Positions 48,956-58,147 of a DNA stretch of 64,000 bases are shown here, piece after piece. The notes beneath the pieces were generated by a model that was given only the letters and a program-made list of their open reading frames with translations, was not told the DNA's origin and searched no databases. Origin of the DNA: Clostridia bacterium (GTDB lineage Bacteria; Bacillota; Clostridia; JAAYHZ01); assembly GCA_050950825.1 (NCBI GenBank), contig JBMNIH010000006.1, positions 256,001-320,000 of the forward strand. Direction: 5' to 3'. The position numbers were made by a program, and so were the translations under genes. The first letter of the stretch is position 1; each line of letters starts with the position of its first letter.

Positions 48956-50032
48956 TTAAGAATACAGCTCGGAAAGAGGGATTCTTTTTACCCTTAAGCC
49001 CAAACCGTTAGGATATTCGCCGCTTACGCTGTAGCCGAAAAGCGCCGCATCCTCCGTAAAGTGTATGGCGATATAGCAGTATCCGGCCGAATTGTTATCT
49101 TCCAGAACATGAAGCTTTTGCGGCCTTAAATCGTTATCCCGGAAGATTGTGCATACCAAGGGTGTTCGGTCCCATCCGCTTTTGTCGCGTCTTCCGTTGT
49201 ATGCCGGAACCGGATTGTACACCGCAAGCAAATCCCGGTCCTTGATGCGTTTTACCGACATGGGCGACTGCGGACCCGAAAACATGGAAGGGACCGGTAC
49301 GCTCCAGGTCTTTCCGTTGTCATAGGAAAAAGATTGGTACTGGCATCCCAAATCCGTTCGAAACCACTGCCACAGGCAGTTTTCATAAAGCTCCAAGACT
49401 CCCGGCTCCTGAAGCCCGCTTTTGGAGCCCGGTAAAGATACGTAAGCGTAATTGTCCGACTCTTGCCATGTATAACCGCCGTCGTCGGAATAAAAGAAGA
49501 CGGGAATTCCTCGTCCGTCGAAGGAATTCCATTTGCGGGTGTCGTTACCTCGCATGCGATGGTATGCCGTCGGTACCGTGATTCGACCGTTTTTCAGTAC
49601 AACTACCCGATCGTTGTTCAAAACATAATACCCGGGTCCGTATGCGCAGCATACGGGGCTTTCCCACGTTTTGCATTCATCCTTCGATCGAAACAAATAG
49701 GGGCGGGTATCATGCCATCCGTATCGAATAAGGAAAAACAATCCTACGTCCCCTCCCGGTAACCGAACCAAAGATACGCTCATAATATTCAATGCGTTAA
49801 AGTCATCGGGAGAAAACAAAATCACATCGTCGCTCCATGTGAAACCTCCGTCGCAAGACTCTCTTTTTGCAATATAGGCTTTGGCATCGTCGGCACCGGT
49901 TTCACCGATAAACTTGGAATACACAAAAACAATCCTGCCGTCCTCCAACGTTAAAAAGGCTCCCTCACTGTTTCTCCGATTGGTCGCAGAGGGCGTTATG
50001 TCCATGACAGTCCGACCTATTCCCATGTCCAT
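48956..50032 (-). CDS. BNR/Asp-box beta-propeller, sialidase-like glycosidase (cytoplasmic)
   Basis: Four Asp boxes (SCDGGFTW, SKDECKTW, SDDGGYTW, SYDNGKTW), RNSEG, QEPG and RTPL; no signal peptide. Confidence 0.8.
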   Translation of the reverse strand: MDMGIGRTVMDITPSATNRRNSEGAFLTLEDGRIVFVYSKFIGETGADDAKAYIAKRESCDGGFTWSDDVILFSPDDFNALNIMSVSLVRLPGGDVGLFFLIRYGWHDTRPYLFRSKDECKTWESPVCCAYGPGYYVLNNDRVVVLKNGRITVPTAYHRMRGNDTRKWNSFDGRGIPVFFYSDDGGYTWQESDNYAYVSLPGSKSGLQEPGVLELYENCLWQWFRTDLGCQYQSFSYDNGKTWSVPVPSMFSGPQSPMSVKRIKDRDLLAVYNPVPAYNGRRDKSGWDRTPLVCTIFRDNDLRPQKLHVLEDNNSAGYCYIAIHFTEDAALFGYSVSGEYPNGLGLRVKRIPLSELYS

Positions 50033-50056
50033 ACCTCCTTTTATTTAATACGATAC

Positions 50057-51730
50057 CTATTTCACGGTTACCGTAAGCTCGTGTTTGTTATGCTCAAACT
50101 CGACGGTAATGATGGCAAAAATTTCGTTAAAGGATTTTTCATGATTTACGATATAGGAGTTGTACGGAAGAATCGGGTACCTGAGCAGCCCTTCCTCCGA
50201 CAAGGTTACGGTTCTTCCCTTGATCATCAAAGATCCTCCCTCGGGGATTCCGCAGGCAAAAGGCTCCTTCGACAAGGTGATTTCCTTTCCGCAGCAGCCG
50301 ATCTTTTCATCCAAGGCGACAAAGAAAGGTATATGAACGTACGCTCTTTCCGTTTCGGTCAGTCCTTCCACGGAATACCGGATTTTTAATGCGTCCTCTT
50401 CAAAGCAAAAACGGATCTTGCATTTTCGATTTCCGTATACCAAATCCATCCCGTCGTTGGCATCGGTTAAGTTGCCTTCTTCGTGGGTATAGTACAGCTT
50501 GCCGGCGGAAATGACATTAAAGCAGGACAGCTCGGGCTGGGCTATGGAGTGGCCTCCGCCGATCACAAGGCCGCTTTGGTCCCGGTATACGGCAAAGAGG
50601 TTCTGTCGTTCTAAAATCCAACGGCTGCCGAACACGCGAACGGGCTGGCAGCACATGTCCACCACCCAATCCCCCTTCTTTAAAATCAAAACCTTCTCTT
50701 CCGGCATACGTACCGTATCCTTGTATAGTGTGAACTTTTCCATCGGCAGAACTTGAAAATCGTCTTGGATGTGGCGGTAATTCTCCACAAGCATGGCCAA
50801 GCCTTGGGTGCTTCCTTTAAAAGGCTTTCTGCTCAAGGCATCGCATACGGCTTTAACAAAAGCGGAAACTACTTGATTTCCTTCTTCGAAAAGAGAATAA
50901 GCGGCAGGGAAATGCATGGGTGCGAAGGCTTTCGAATACCGATTTCTCGTGTCAATAGCGGCGGAAACGGAAAAATCGGGGTACAATAATTTGGATATAT
51001 AGGAAAGAGACTTTTGCAGGGCATGAAGAATTTTTTTATTGCCGGATAGGAAATAGTATTTGGACAATGCTCCGATGGTGACCGTGGCATATTTGGATAC
51101 CAAGGTTTTTCCTTCGTACCAGGTACCGGAAATCGTTTGTCCATCGGCAATCAAGTTCATCACCTCATCGGCGATATCCATAATCGAGCGGTCCTGTCGC
51201 AGCTGCCCGTATCGGTAAGCCGCCGTCACGTGCCAGCAGAAATGATTGGATACCTCATGCTGTGCCACGTCGTAGCGGAACCTGTTGCTGTAAAGCTGCC
51301 TTTTTACGCCGGGTACCACATTCTTTAGCATAATGGTGTCGATACGATCGTTCCATTTGTCGATAATCTTTGGATCTAAATAATCTTTCAAAAGCTCCAA
51401 AGTGTTCATCCAATGGAATACGCCCCATTCGTCTACACACAATCCCCAGTAGTTGTCATAAGTAACCAATCGGGTTTTTCCGTCGGAATCCGTTAAGGTG
51501 TAAAAGTACTCCCAGCACTTGATGGCTTGTTCCAAGACCTTAGGGTCCATATAGTAGGGATTCGGGAACCGATTGTTGGTGAACAACTCGGCAAAATACA
51601 GGCCGGTGTATTGGCTGTAGAGAATATGGCCGCTTCCGGGAACAATCGTCTCGCCGGTTTCCGTCACCATTTTTGTGACGTCCTCATAAATTCCAACCAT
51701 GGCGTTAAATAGCATTTCCTTAGCATTCAT
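50057..51730 (-). CDS. Hypothetical protein (helical N-domain + beta C-domain, lyase/hydrolase-like architecture)
   Basis: 557-aa ORF with GGAGG RBS; SNH and WYEG....KY motifs reminiscent of alpha/alpha-toroid lyases. Confidence 0.55.
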   Translation of the reverse strand: MNAKEMLFNAMVGIYEDVTKMVTETGETIVPGSGHILYSQYTGLYFAELFTNNRFPNPYYMDPKVLEQAIKCWEYFYTLTDSDGKTRLVTYDNYWGLCVDEWGVFHWMNTLELLKDYLDPKIIDKWNDRIDTIMLKNVVPGVKRQLYSNRFRYDVAQHEVSNHFCWHVTAAYRYGQLRQDRSIMDIADEVMNLIADGQTISGTWYEGKTLVSKYATVTIGALSKYYFLSGNKKILHALQKSLSYISKLLYPDFSVSAAIDTRNRYSKAFAPMHFPAAYSLFEEGNQVVSAFVKAVCDALSRKPFKGSTQGLAMLVENYRHIQDDFQVLPMEKFTLYKDTVRMPEEKVLILKKGDWVVDMCCQPVRVFGSRWILERQNLFAVYRDQSGLVIGGGHSIAQPELSCFNVISAGKLYYTHEEGNLTDANDGMDLVYGNRKCKIRFCFEEDALKIRYSVEGLTETERAYVHIPFFVALDEKIGCCGKEITLSKEPFACGIPEGGSLMIKGRTVTLSEEGLLRYPILPYNSYIVNHEKSFNEIFAIITVEFEHNKHELTVTVK

Positions 51731-51819
51731 ATGGCGGATCCTCCAACTTTATTTTCAAAAGGTATCAAAGACCTTTGCATACAATTGGGATAAAATACGT
51801 ACCCGGTAGAAACAAGTAA

Positions 51820-51848
51820 ATGATACCACATACCGGATTCCATTGCAA
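51820..51848 (-). promoter_or_regulatory. Sigma-A promoter for the hypothetical-BNR-enolase genes
   Basis: Minus strand TTGCAA-N17-TATCAT with an extended TG, in the intron 3' flank. Confidence 0.55.
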
Positions 51849-51885
51849 CGAAGGCTCCCCGTAAGCGGTTTTCGATATTTTGAAA

Positions 51886-53798
51886 ATCGGGTAGGAGACT
51901 ACTCATTAATTGAGTAGCCGTCCTCCCACACCACCGTACGTACCGTTCGGTATACGGCGGTTCAACAAGAGTTCAATTTCTTAAGCAAGTTCAGCTATAA
52001 AGCCAGTGTATCCGCGCTTCTGAAGGCGCTCGTTCGTAATGGTTTGTGAAAGTATGGGGCTATTGGCAATTCTCCAGTAGCCTTTTCTTGTATTGGCGAA
52101 TTTCCATGCTTTCTGTCTGTCCAATCCCAGTTTCACTAGATTTTGAAAACGGGTACGGATTTTCTTCCATTGTTTCCAGATACACATTCGCAGTCGCCTG
52201 CGTGTCCATTCATCCAGTGAACGTGCGAGAGATTTCATGTCCGCAATTCTGAAGTAGTTGACCCATCCTTTGATGAGTTGCTTTATCTTCTGCAGGCGAA
52301 CGTCTATACTCACCCCGTTGCTCCTTGATGTTATGTTGCGTATCTTTTCCTTTAATCTCTCTACGGACTTTTTGTGTACCCGGATTCTCACGCCTTCTTT
52401 CCCGTGATAGAATGAGAATCCAAGGAACTTTCTCTTCCACGGTCTGTCAACCGCGCTCTTCTCGCGGTTAACTCTTAACCTCAGTTTTCCTTCCAGAAAT
52501 TTAGTGACACTCTGCATCGTGCGTTCAGCCGCTTTCCTGCTTCTCACATAAATATTGCAGTCATCAGCATAACGGCAGAATTTATGTCCCCTCTTCTCCA
52601 GTTCTTTATCCAGTTCGTTCAGCATAATGTTGCTTAACAGGGGACTGAGTGGTCCGCCCTGTGGGCATCCTTCTTCAGTTTCGATTACGACCCCGTTTAT
52701 CATGACGCCCGCTTTCAGATATTCCCGGATAAGCTTCAGTACCCTCTTGTCTTTTACCCTCCTTGCCACCAGCGCCATGAGTTTATCATGGTTCACAGTA
52801 TCAAAATATTTCGCAAGGTCGATGTCCACTACCCAGTCATACCCTTCATTTATATATCCCTGTGCTCTTTTTATTGCTTGGTGAGCACTTCTTCCCGGCC
52901 GAAATCCAAAGCTGTTCTCCGAGAATTCAGGGTCAAATATGGATGCAAGTACTTGGGCAATGGCCTGCTGAACCATCCTGTCGACTACCGTGGGAATCCC
53001 CAGTAACCTGACTCCTCCGTCCGGTTTCGGTATCTCCACTCTCCGAACGGGCTTGGGACGATACGTCCCTGCCTTCAATTCCCCGATTAGATTATTGCCC
53101 TTCTCTTTCAGGTATGGCAGAAGTTCATCCACCTTCATACCGTCAATTCCATGGGAGCCTTTGTTCCTTACCACCTGTTTATAGGCAGCGTTCATGTTGT
53201 TTCTACTCAATATCTTCTCGAGCAAATCAAAGGTACTTACTTCTCCATTGTCCTGTCCGTTTGTTTCCGCCGGAAGGGTTCTCCGCACTCCTGCCATATC
53301 TCGGGGTTCCACCCCTGCCTCTGGCAGGTAGTCTTCATATGAAGTTGTCTGCTCTCTACAAATCCTTCCCGAGTCCTTCAATCTTTCAGAACCTCCTGTT
53401 GTTCGGCCCTTCCGCTCCGTTCATGACCGCTGCGTACTATGGCCTCTGCTGACTTCTGACCGTTCAGCCGTACATTGCTGCACGGGTTGCCTTGTGGAAG
53501 TTCATCCGACTCAGCGTACCGGTCAGATCTCCGCGGGTAAGCGCGCGCCCCTTCATCCCATATACCTGCTTCATTTACACCGCAAGCCTCGGATAGCATT
53601 GGACTTCGTTTTGTTATGCAAACTCGTCCGACTTGCATATGCCTCATATGAAGTTCCTGTTCGTCAGGCCGGGATTTTGCCTCCGACTTCCTTCAGATTC
53701 CACCTCACGATGGACACCCTTGTCTTTGGCTAACGGTTGGTGCTATCAACCCCCGTAACGGACTTTCACCGTCAAGGTCGCGCGCATGCCGCGCGCAC
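51886..53798 (-). mobile_element. Group II intron, bacterial class C (IIC), apparently full length (1913 nt)
   Basis: 5' GTGCG at 53798 directly after a terminator hairpin. Domain V gaaccgccgtataccgaacggtacgtacggtggtg (CGC triad, short DV) and domain VI ending ...ctcctacccgAT at 51886. Internal RT ORF. Confidence 0.92.
51981..53381 (-). CDS. ltrA: Group II intron reverse transcriptase/maturase (no endonuclease domain)
   Basis: IPKPDGGVRLLGIPTVVDR, SFGFRPGRS, DLAKYFD, GCPQGGPLSPLL, YADD, FLGF and X domain GWVNYF. Confidence 0.95.
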   Translation of the reverse strand: MKDSGRICREQTTSYEDYLPEAGVEPRDMAGVRRTLPAETNGQDNGEVSTFDLLEKILSRNNMNAAYKQVVRNKGSHGIDGMKVDELLPYLKEKGNNLIGELKAGTYRPKPVRRVEIPKPDGGVRLLGIPTVVDRMVQQAIAQVLASIFDPEFSENSFGFRPGRSAHQAIKRAQGYINEGYDWVVDIDLAKYFDTVNHDKLMALVARRVKDKRVLKLIREYLKAGVMINGVVIETEEGCPQGGPLSPLLSNIMLNELDKELEKRGHKFCRYADDCNIYVRSRKAAERTMQSVTKFLEGKLRLRVNREKSAVDRPWKRKFLGFSFYHGKEGVRIRVHKKSVERLKEKIRNITSRSNGVSIDVRLQKIKQLIKGWVNYFRIADMKSLARSLDEWTRRRLRMCIWKQWKKIRTRFQNLVKLGLDRQKAWKFANTRKGYWRIANSPILSQTITNERLQKRGYTGFIAELA

Positions 53799-53800
53799 AT

Positions 53801-53832
53801 AATAAAGGCATAATCCTTGATAGGATTATGCC
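53801..53832 (-). terminator. Intrinsic terminator serving as the IIC intron target
   Basis: ggcataatcct / aggattatgcc 11-bp stem, then tttattat, then the intron GTGCG on the minus strand. Confidence 0.85.
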
Positions 53833-53864
53833 CTCTTGTTTTTATATTATTTTACGTATATTCC

Positions 53865-56522
53865 TTAATGCAGATCGCATGAAGGTTCGCCGACTTTTTG
53901 TCTGTTGTCGTTCAACATACCTAAGTTAACCATACGGATATTGTTGTTCGGGCAGCGATTGTAGCACATACCGCAAGCCACGCATTCTTCCGTATTGACC
54001 TTCCATCGGTCCGCTCCGTCCTTGTAGATGGCAAACTCTTTGCAGATTTCGAAGCAGATGGCGCAGCCTTCGCCGCATCCGCAGCGCAAGCACTTGGAAG
54101 CTTCCTTCACCGCTTCTTCTTCGGTTAACGTTCTTGTAAACATTTCGAAGTCCGCTACGCGCTCAATGGCGGTTCTTGCGTAGATATCGAAACGATTGAT
54201 GAGTCGCTTGTAGCCGGAGCGCTCTAAGACTTGGTATTTATCAACGGATTCCAATTTGTCTTTGAATTCAACGGTAGCCGCATCGCCGGAAAGCTTCTTG
54301 TCGATTTCAGCAGCCGCTTTTCTACCCATGGCAATGGCTCGGATAACGGTACCTGCGCCTAAGATGTCGCCTCCCGCATAAACCCCTTCAATGTTGGTGG
54401 CAAGGGTTTCCTTGTCCGCCTTCACGCCGGCAGGCATGGATCCGTCGTTCTGCTGGCCTAACGCCATAATAACGGTGTCGCATCTTAACGTAAAGTCCGA
54501 GCAGTCTTCCACGCCGATGGGGCATCTTCTGCCGGTATCATCTACGTCGCCGAGAACGTTGGTATTCATCTTGATGCCGGTTACCTTGCCGTCCTTCACC
54601 GTGATTTCTTCGGGAGATACCAAGTACATAATCTTGACGCCTTCTTCTTCCGTTTCAAACAATTCTTCATCGGTTATGGGCATTTGATCTCGTGTTCTTC
54701 TGTATGCAATGTAGACTTGGTTTGCTCCTAAGCGTTTTGCGGATCGAGCGGCATCGGCAGCCGTAAAGCCTCCGCCGATTACCACAACGGTATCGCCGAT
54801 TTGCGGTCTTTCGCCGTCGTTGATCTTTCTCATAAACTGCAGCGCATCGATAACACCTTCCGCATCTTCTCCGGGAATACCCGCTTTTCTGCCCTTCCAT
54901 GTTCCCACCGCCAAATAGATGGCATCAAAGCCGTCTTTTTTCAGGCTGTCAACGGTAAAGTCTTTTCCTAACGCTTTGCCGGTAACAAACTTGATACCGA
55001 TGGCCTTCATGATTTCGATTTCTTCGTCCAAAATAGACTTGTCGAACCGGAAGGTAGGAATACCGTAACGCAGCATACCGCCGCATTCTTTTTCCCGTTC
55101 AAACACGGTCACGTCGTATCCCGCTTTTCTTAAGTTCCATGCACAAGACAAACCGGAGGGACCTGCTCCCACAACGGCCACTTTCTTGTTGTTTTCTTTG
55201 ATATCAAATTCGGAGGTCCAGCCTTGGGCCTTTGCATATTCAATAACGAAACGCTTGATTTCTCTGATTCTTACCGCTTCGCCGGTTTCCTTTCGAGTAC
55301 AAGCGGCTTCGCATTCTTTATTGCACACGATACCGCAAACGGATTGCAAGGGGCTCTTGCTCATGATCAAATCGTAAGCTTCTCGAAATCTTCTTTCGGA
55401 TACCATGCGGACATAAGCTTGGGCCGGAACACTGTTCGGGCATGCCGCTTTACAGGGGGCCGCCAAATCCGGATTGATAAGTTCCGCATGTCCGTCGTAA
55501 AGGGTCAGTTCGGGAGCGCTGCGAACTTCGGAAACGATTAAGTCTCTCATTTCTCTTACGGAGTTGTAACCGTTTTCCTTCATGTAGTTCTTCAGATCGC
55601 GAATTAATCCGCCGATAAATCCGAAGCCGCTGTACAAGGTTTCGGAGCAAATACCGATCAAGTCGGCACCGCACATAATCATTTCGGCGGCATCGATGTA
55701 GTTTCGAACTCCACCGGCCATCATAATACGAGGCACGGGACCGTTGGCCTTACGAATTTCGTAGGTATCTCTTAAGGCCAAGGGCTTCAACCAAGGACCG
55801 CAATAGCAGGACATGCTGATTTCATCCTGCAAGTGATAGACCGCCTTCTTCGGGTCTTTTAAATTAATGGGCGGAATCGCCAAACGATTGGAGGTTCCTC
55901 CTACCGCATCTGCACCCGCTTCATAAAGCGCTTTCGCTACTTGTGCAATTCTTCCGCCTTCCGGCGTCAATTTTACAAACAAGGGTATTTTGATTTCCTT
56001 TTTGATGGCTCTTACAATTTCACTGACGGCATCGCCGTTTTGTCCTAAAGATGCGCCGGTTCTCTTTCCGCTTGCACCGCCGGACAGCTCGACGTTGAAG
56101 GACATATTCGGGCAGCACATGTTCAATTCGATAATGTCCGCTCCGACTTCTTCGAACTTTTTCGCCATATTGACCCAACCGTCTACGCCTTCTTCACCGG
56201 CATAGGTAATGTTGGCAAACAGTATCAAATCATTCAATACTTTTTTCGCATCGTCTACCAAACGCAAGCCTTCTTCAAAAGTCAACCTTTTTTCGGCGGT
56301 AAAGGCCAATGCGTTACGGTCTTTGAACAATGCATAGCGAGGAACTCTGTTTATGTACGGTGCGGGATCGATGGTCAACTTAATTGACGCACCCGCCCAG
56401 CCTGTTTCTTCGATTCTTTTCAGTTGTTTTACAGAGTTGGTGGTAGGACCTGAAGCGACGTAAAAAGGATTTTTAAACTCAATCCCGGCAACATTTACCG
56501 GCAAGTATAAATCATTTAACAT
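53865..56522 (-). CDS. Fused FMN barrel (PreA/DHOD-like) + GltD/PreT-like FAD-NAD(P)H oxidoreductase + 4Fe-4S ferredoxin
   Basis: FKNPFYVASGP, ELNMCCPN, FVKLTP; then PCKAACP, CGIVC..ECEAAC, GAGPSG, GGGFTA, YRR; then CAICFEIC and CVACGMCYNRCP. Confidence 0.85.
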   Translation of the reverse strand: MLNDLYLPVNVAGIEFKNPFYVASGPTTNSVKQLKRIEETGWAGASIKLTIDPAPYINRVPRYALFKDRNALAFTAEKRLTFEEGLRLVDDAKKVLNDLILFANITYAGEEGVDGWVNMAKKFEEVGADIIELNMCCPNMSFNVELSGGASGKRTGASLGQNGDAVSEIVRAIKKEIKIPLFVKLTPEGGRIAQVAKALYEAGADAVGGTSNRLAIPPINLKDPKKAVYHLQDEISMSCYCGPWLKPLALRDTYEIRKANGPVPRIMMAGGVRNYIDAAEMIMCGADLIGICSETLYSGFGFIGGLIRDLKNYMKENGYNSVREMRDLIVSEVRSAPELTLYDGHAELINPDLAAPCKAACPNSVPAQAYVRMVSERRFREAYDLIMSKSPLQSVCGIVCNKECEAACTRKETGEAVRIREIKRFVIEYAKAQGWTSEFDIKENNKKVAVVGAGPSGLSCAWNLRKAGYDVTVFEREKECGGMLRYGIPTFRFDKSILDEEIEIMKAIGIKFVTGKALGKDFTVDSLKKDGFDAIYLAVGTWKGRKAGIPGEDAEGVIDALQFMRKINDGERPQIGDTVVVIGGGFTAADAARSAKRLGANQVYIAYRRTRDQMPITDEELFETEEEGVKIMYLVSPEEITVKDGKVTGIKMNTNVLGDVDDTGRRCPIGVEDCSDFTLRCDTVIMALGQQNDGSMPAGVKADKETLATNIEGVYAGGDILGAGTVIRAIAMGRKAAAEIDKKLSGDAATVEFKDKLESVDKYQVLERSGYKRLINRFDIYARTAIERVADFEMFTRTLTEEEAVKEASKCLRCGCGEGCAICFEICKEFAIYKDGADRWKVNTEECVACGMCYNRCPNNNIRMVNLGMLNDNRQKVGEPSCDLH

Positions 56523-56655
56523 TTCTTATAATCTCCTTTGGCGTTTTTATTAAAATCATTTCCCGATGTGGATATTGGTAACCTTTTAGTTACATTTAAT
56601 TTTAGACATTCGCACCGTAAAAGTCAACGGGTCTATGAAAAAAACGTAAAAAACA

Positions 56656-57510
56656 TTACTCGTTTAAAATATTTGCCAATTCCTCTGCAAATACTTTTTT
56701 CAATACCCGACCCACTCCGGATTGGTTGTTATCGTATTCCGTCACCAAATCCGCCATGGGCTTGACGAAATCAAGGGCGTTTTTCATGGCAATTCCCAAG
56801 CCTGCGTACCGGATCATTTCCAAATCATTGCTGTCGTCGCCGATGGCGATGATTTCTTCTTGCTTAATACCGCATCGTTCGGCATACTTTAAAGCCGCAT
56901 GCCATTTGGTACCTTCGATATGGCTGACTTCCAATAGCGGGCCGATTCTTTTTAAAGACATGGTAATATGGGTGTGAATTTCATCCGGATACTTTTCGTC
57001 GATCCGGTCTTTTAATTCCTGTACTTTTTCCATATTACCGGTATAGCACATGATCATGACGTGGGAATCCGGCAATAAAGCAAAGTCGTCAATCACCAGC
57101 AAATTAGTGGTGCTCGGCGACACATACCCGTTATATCCGGGGTAAGAAGCGTCGTATTCGCATATGAGCTCGTATCCGTTGTAATTGGCATGGAGTACGG
57201 GATGCATATCTTTTTCATACCCCATCTTCAGAATATCCAACAGGCACTCTTTTCTTATGGTGGTGCTGTCGATCAACGTATCGGTACTCATTTCCCAAAT
57301 GGCGTTGCCGTTATTGGAGAAAAATACGGCATCCAAGCCGTATCGTTCGATTACCGCTTTGGCAAAAGAATAGCGCCTTCCGGTTGCAATACCGATAATA
57401 ACGCCTATTTCCTGTAAAGCTTTTAATACCTGTACATCCTCGTCGGATATGTTCTTTTCATCGTTTAGCAAGGTTCCGTCCATGTCCACAAGGACCATTT
57501 TGTACTTCAC
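56656..57510 (-). CDS. Cof-type HAD-IIB hydrolase
   Basis: DMDGTLL, ATGR and IGDDSNDLEMI motifs. Confidence 0.92.
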   Translation of the reverse strand: MKYKMVLVDMDGTLLNDEKNISDEDVQVLKALQEIGVIIGIATGRRYSFAKAVIERYGLDAVFFSNNGNAIWEMSTDTLIDSTTIRKECLLDILKMGYEKDMHPVLHANYNGYELICEYDASYPGYNGYVSPSTTNLLVIDDFALLPDSHVMIMCYTGNMEKVQELKDRIDEKYPDEIHTHITMSLKRIGPLLEVSHIEGTKWHAALKYAERCGIKQEEIIAIGDDSNDLEMIRYAGLGIAMKNALDFVKPMADLVTEYDNNQSGVGRVLKKVFAEELANILNE

Positions 57511-57516
57511 TTTTTT

Positions 57517-58116
57517 CTACTCTCCGTTTTGATTTTTAATGCCGTTCCAAAAAACACCGAAAATTCGGTTGCTCATTTCTTCGTCGATGTCCAACTGTCC
57601 GGATTGGAAGTAATTTTGAATGTATTTGACGGGTCCTAACAGATAGGAAAGAATGACATTGTAGGGCAAATCGGCGATTATTCCGCTTTTGATTCCCTCC
57701 TCCACAATGCTTTCCATTCGGTTGAAAATACCGGAATGGGATTCAATGACTTCGGGAGATATGTACTTTTCTATTCCCGGCTGGCAGATAAAATTCGCCT
57801 GAAGAGGGTTGTTGATGCAGTAGCTATAATACCCCATCCAGAAGCAATAGATCTTTTCTTCTACGGTTTTGGCGGATTCGATGCCCAAAGCGATATACCG
57901 TGATATTTCCGTCATAATATCGGAATAGATGGAATCCATCAATCCCTGCTTGCTTCCGAAATAGAAATAAATGGTGCCTACCGCTACACCGGATTCTTTT
58001 GAAATCAAAGAAACCGGGATATTGCCCAACCCGTTTTCGGCAACCAATTTGTACACCGTGAAGGTAATGATTTCTTTCTTGTCCGTTTTAATCCCGTCCT
58101 TTGCCCGGTTATTCAA
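57517..58116 (-). CDS. TetR/AcrR family transcriptional regulator (start uncertain)
   Basis: HTH ISKESGVAVGTIYFYFGSKQGL. Confidence 0.85.
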   Translation of the reverse strand: MNNRAKDGIKTDKKEIITFTVYKLVAENGLGNIPVSLISKESGVAVGTIYFYFGSKQGLMDSIYSDIMTEISRYIALGIESAKTVEEKIYCFWMGYYSYCINNPLQANFICQPGIEKYISPEVIESHSGIFNRMESIVEEGIKSGIIADLPYNVILSYLLGPVKYIQNYFQSGQLDIDEEMSNRIFGVFWNGIKNQNGE

Positions 58117-58147
58117 AAAAACGATATCCGAACCTTTGACATCGCCT

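Noticed and set aside
51981-53381. RT as a retron, DGR or defence RT
   Set aside because: YADD motif, X domain, DV/DVI and a GTGCG boundary identify a group II intron; no msr-msd or TR/VR pair seen.
53378-53733. Short ORFs upstream of the RT
   Set aside because: They lie within the structured intron RNA (domains I-IV).
58110-58142. Possible fifth frameshift at the T7 run before the TetR start
   Set aside because: The TetR HTH is complete from the TTG start, so no N-terminal extension is needed.
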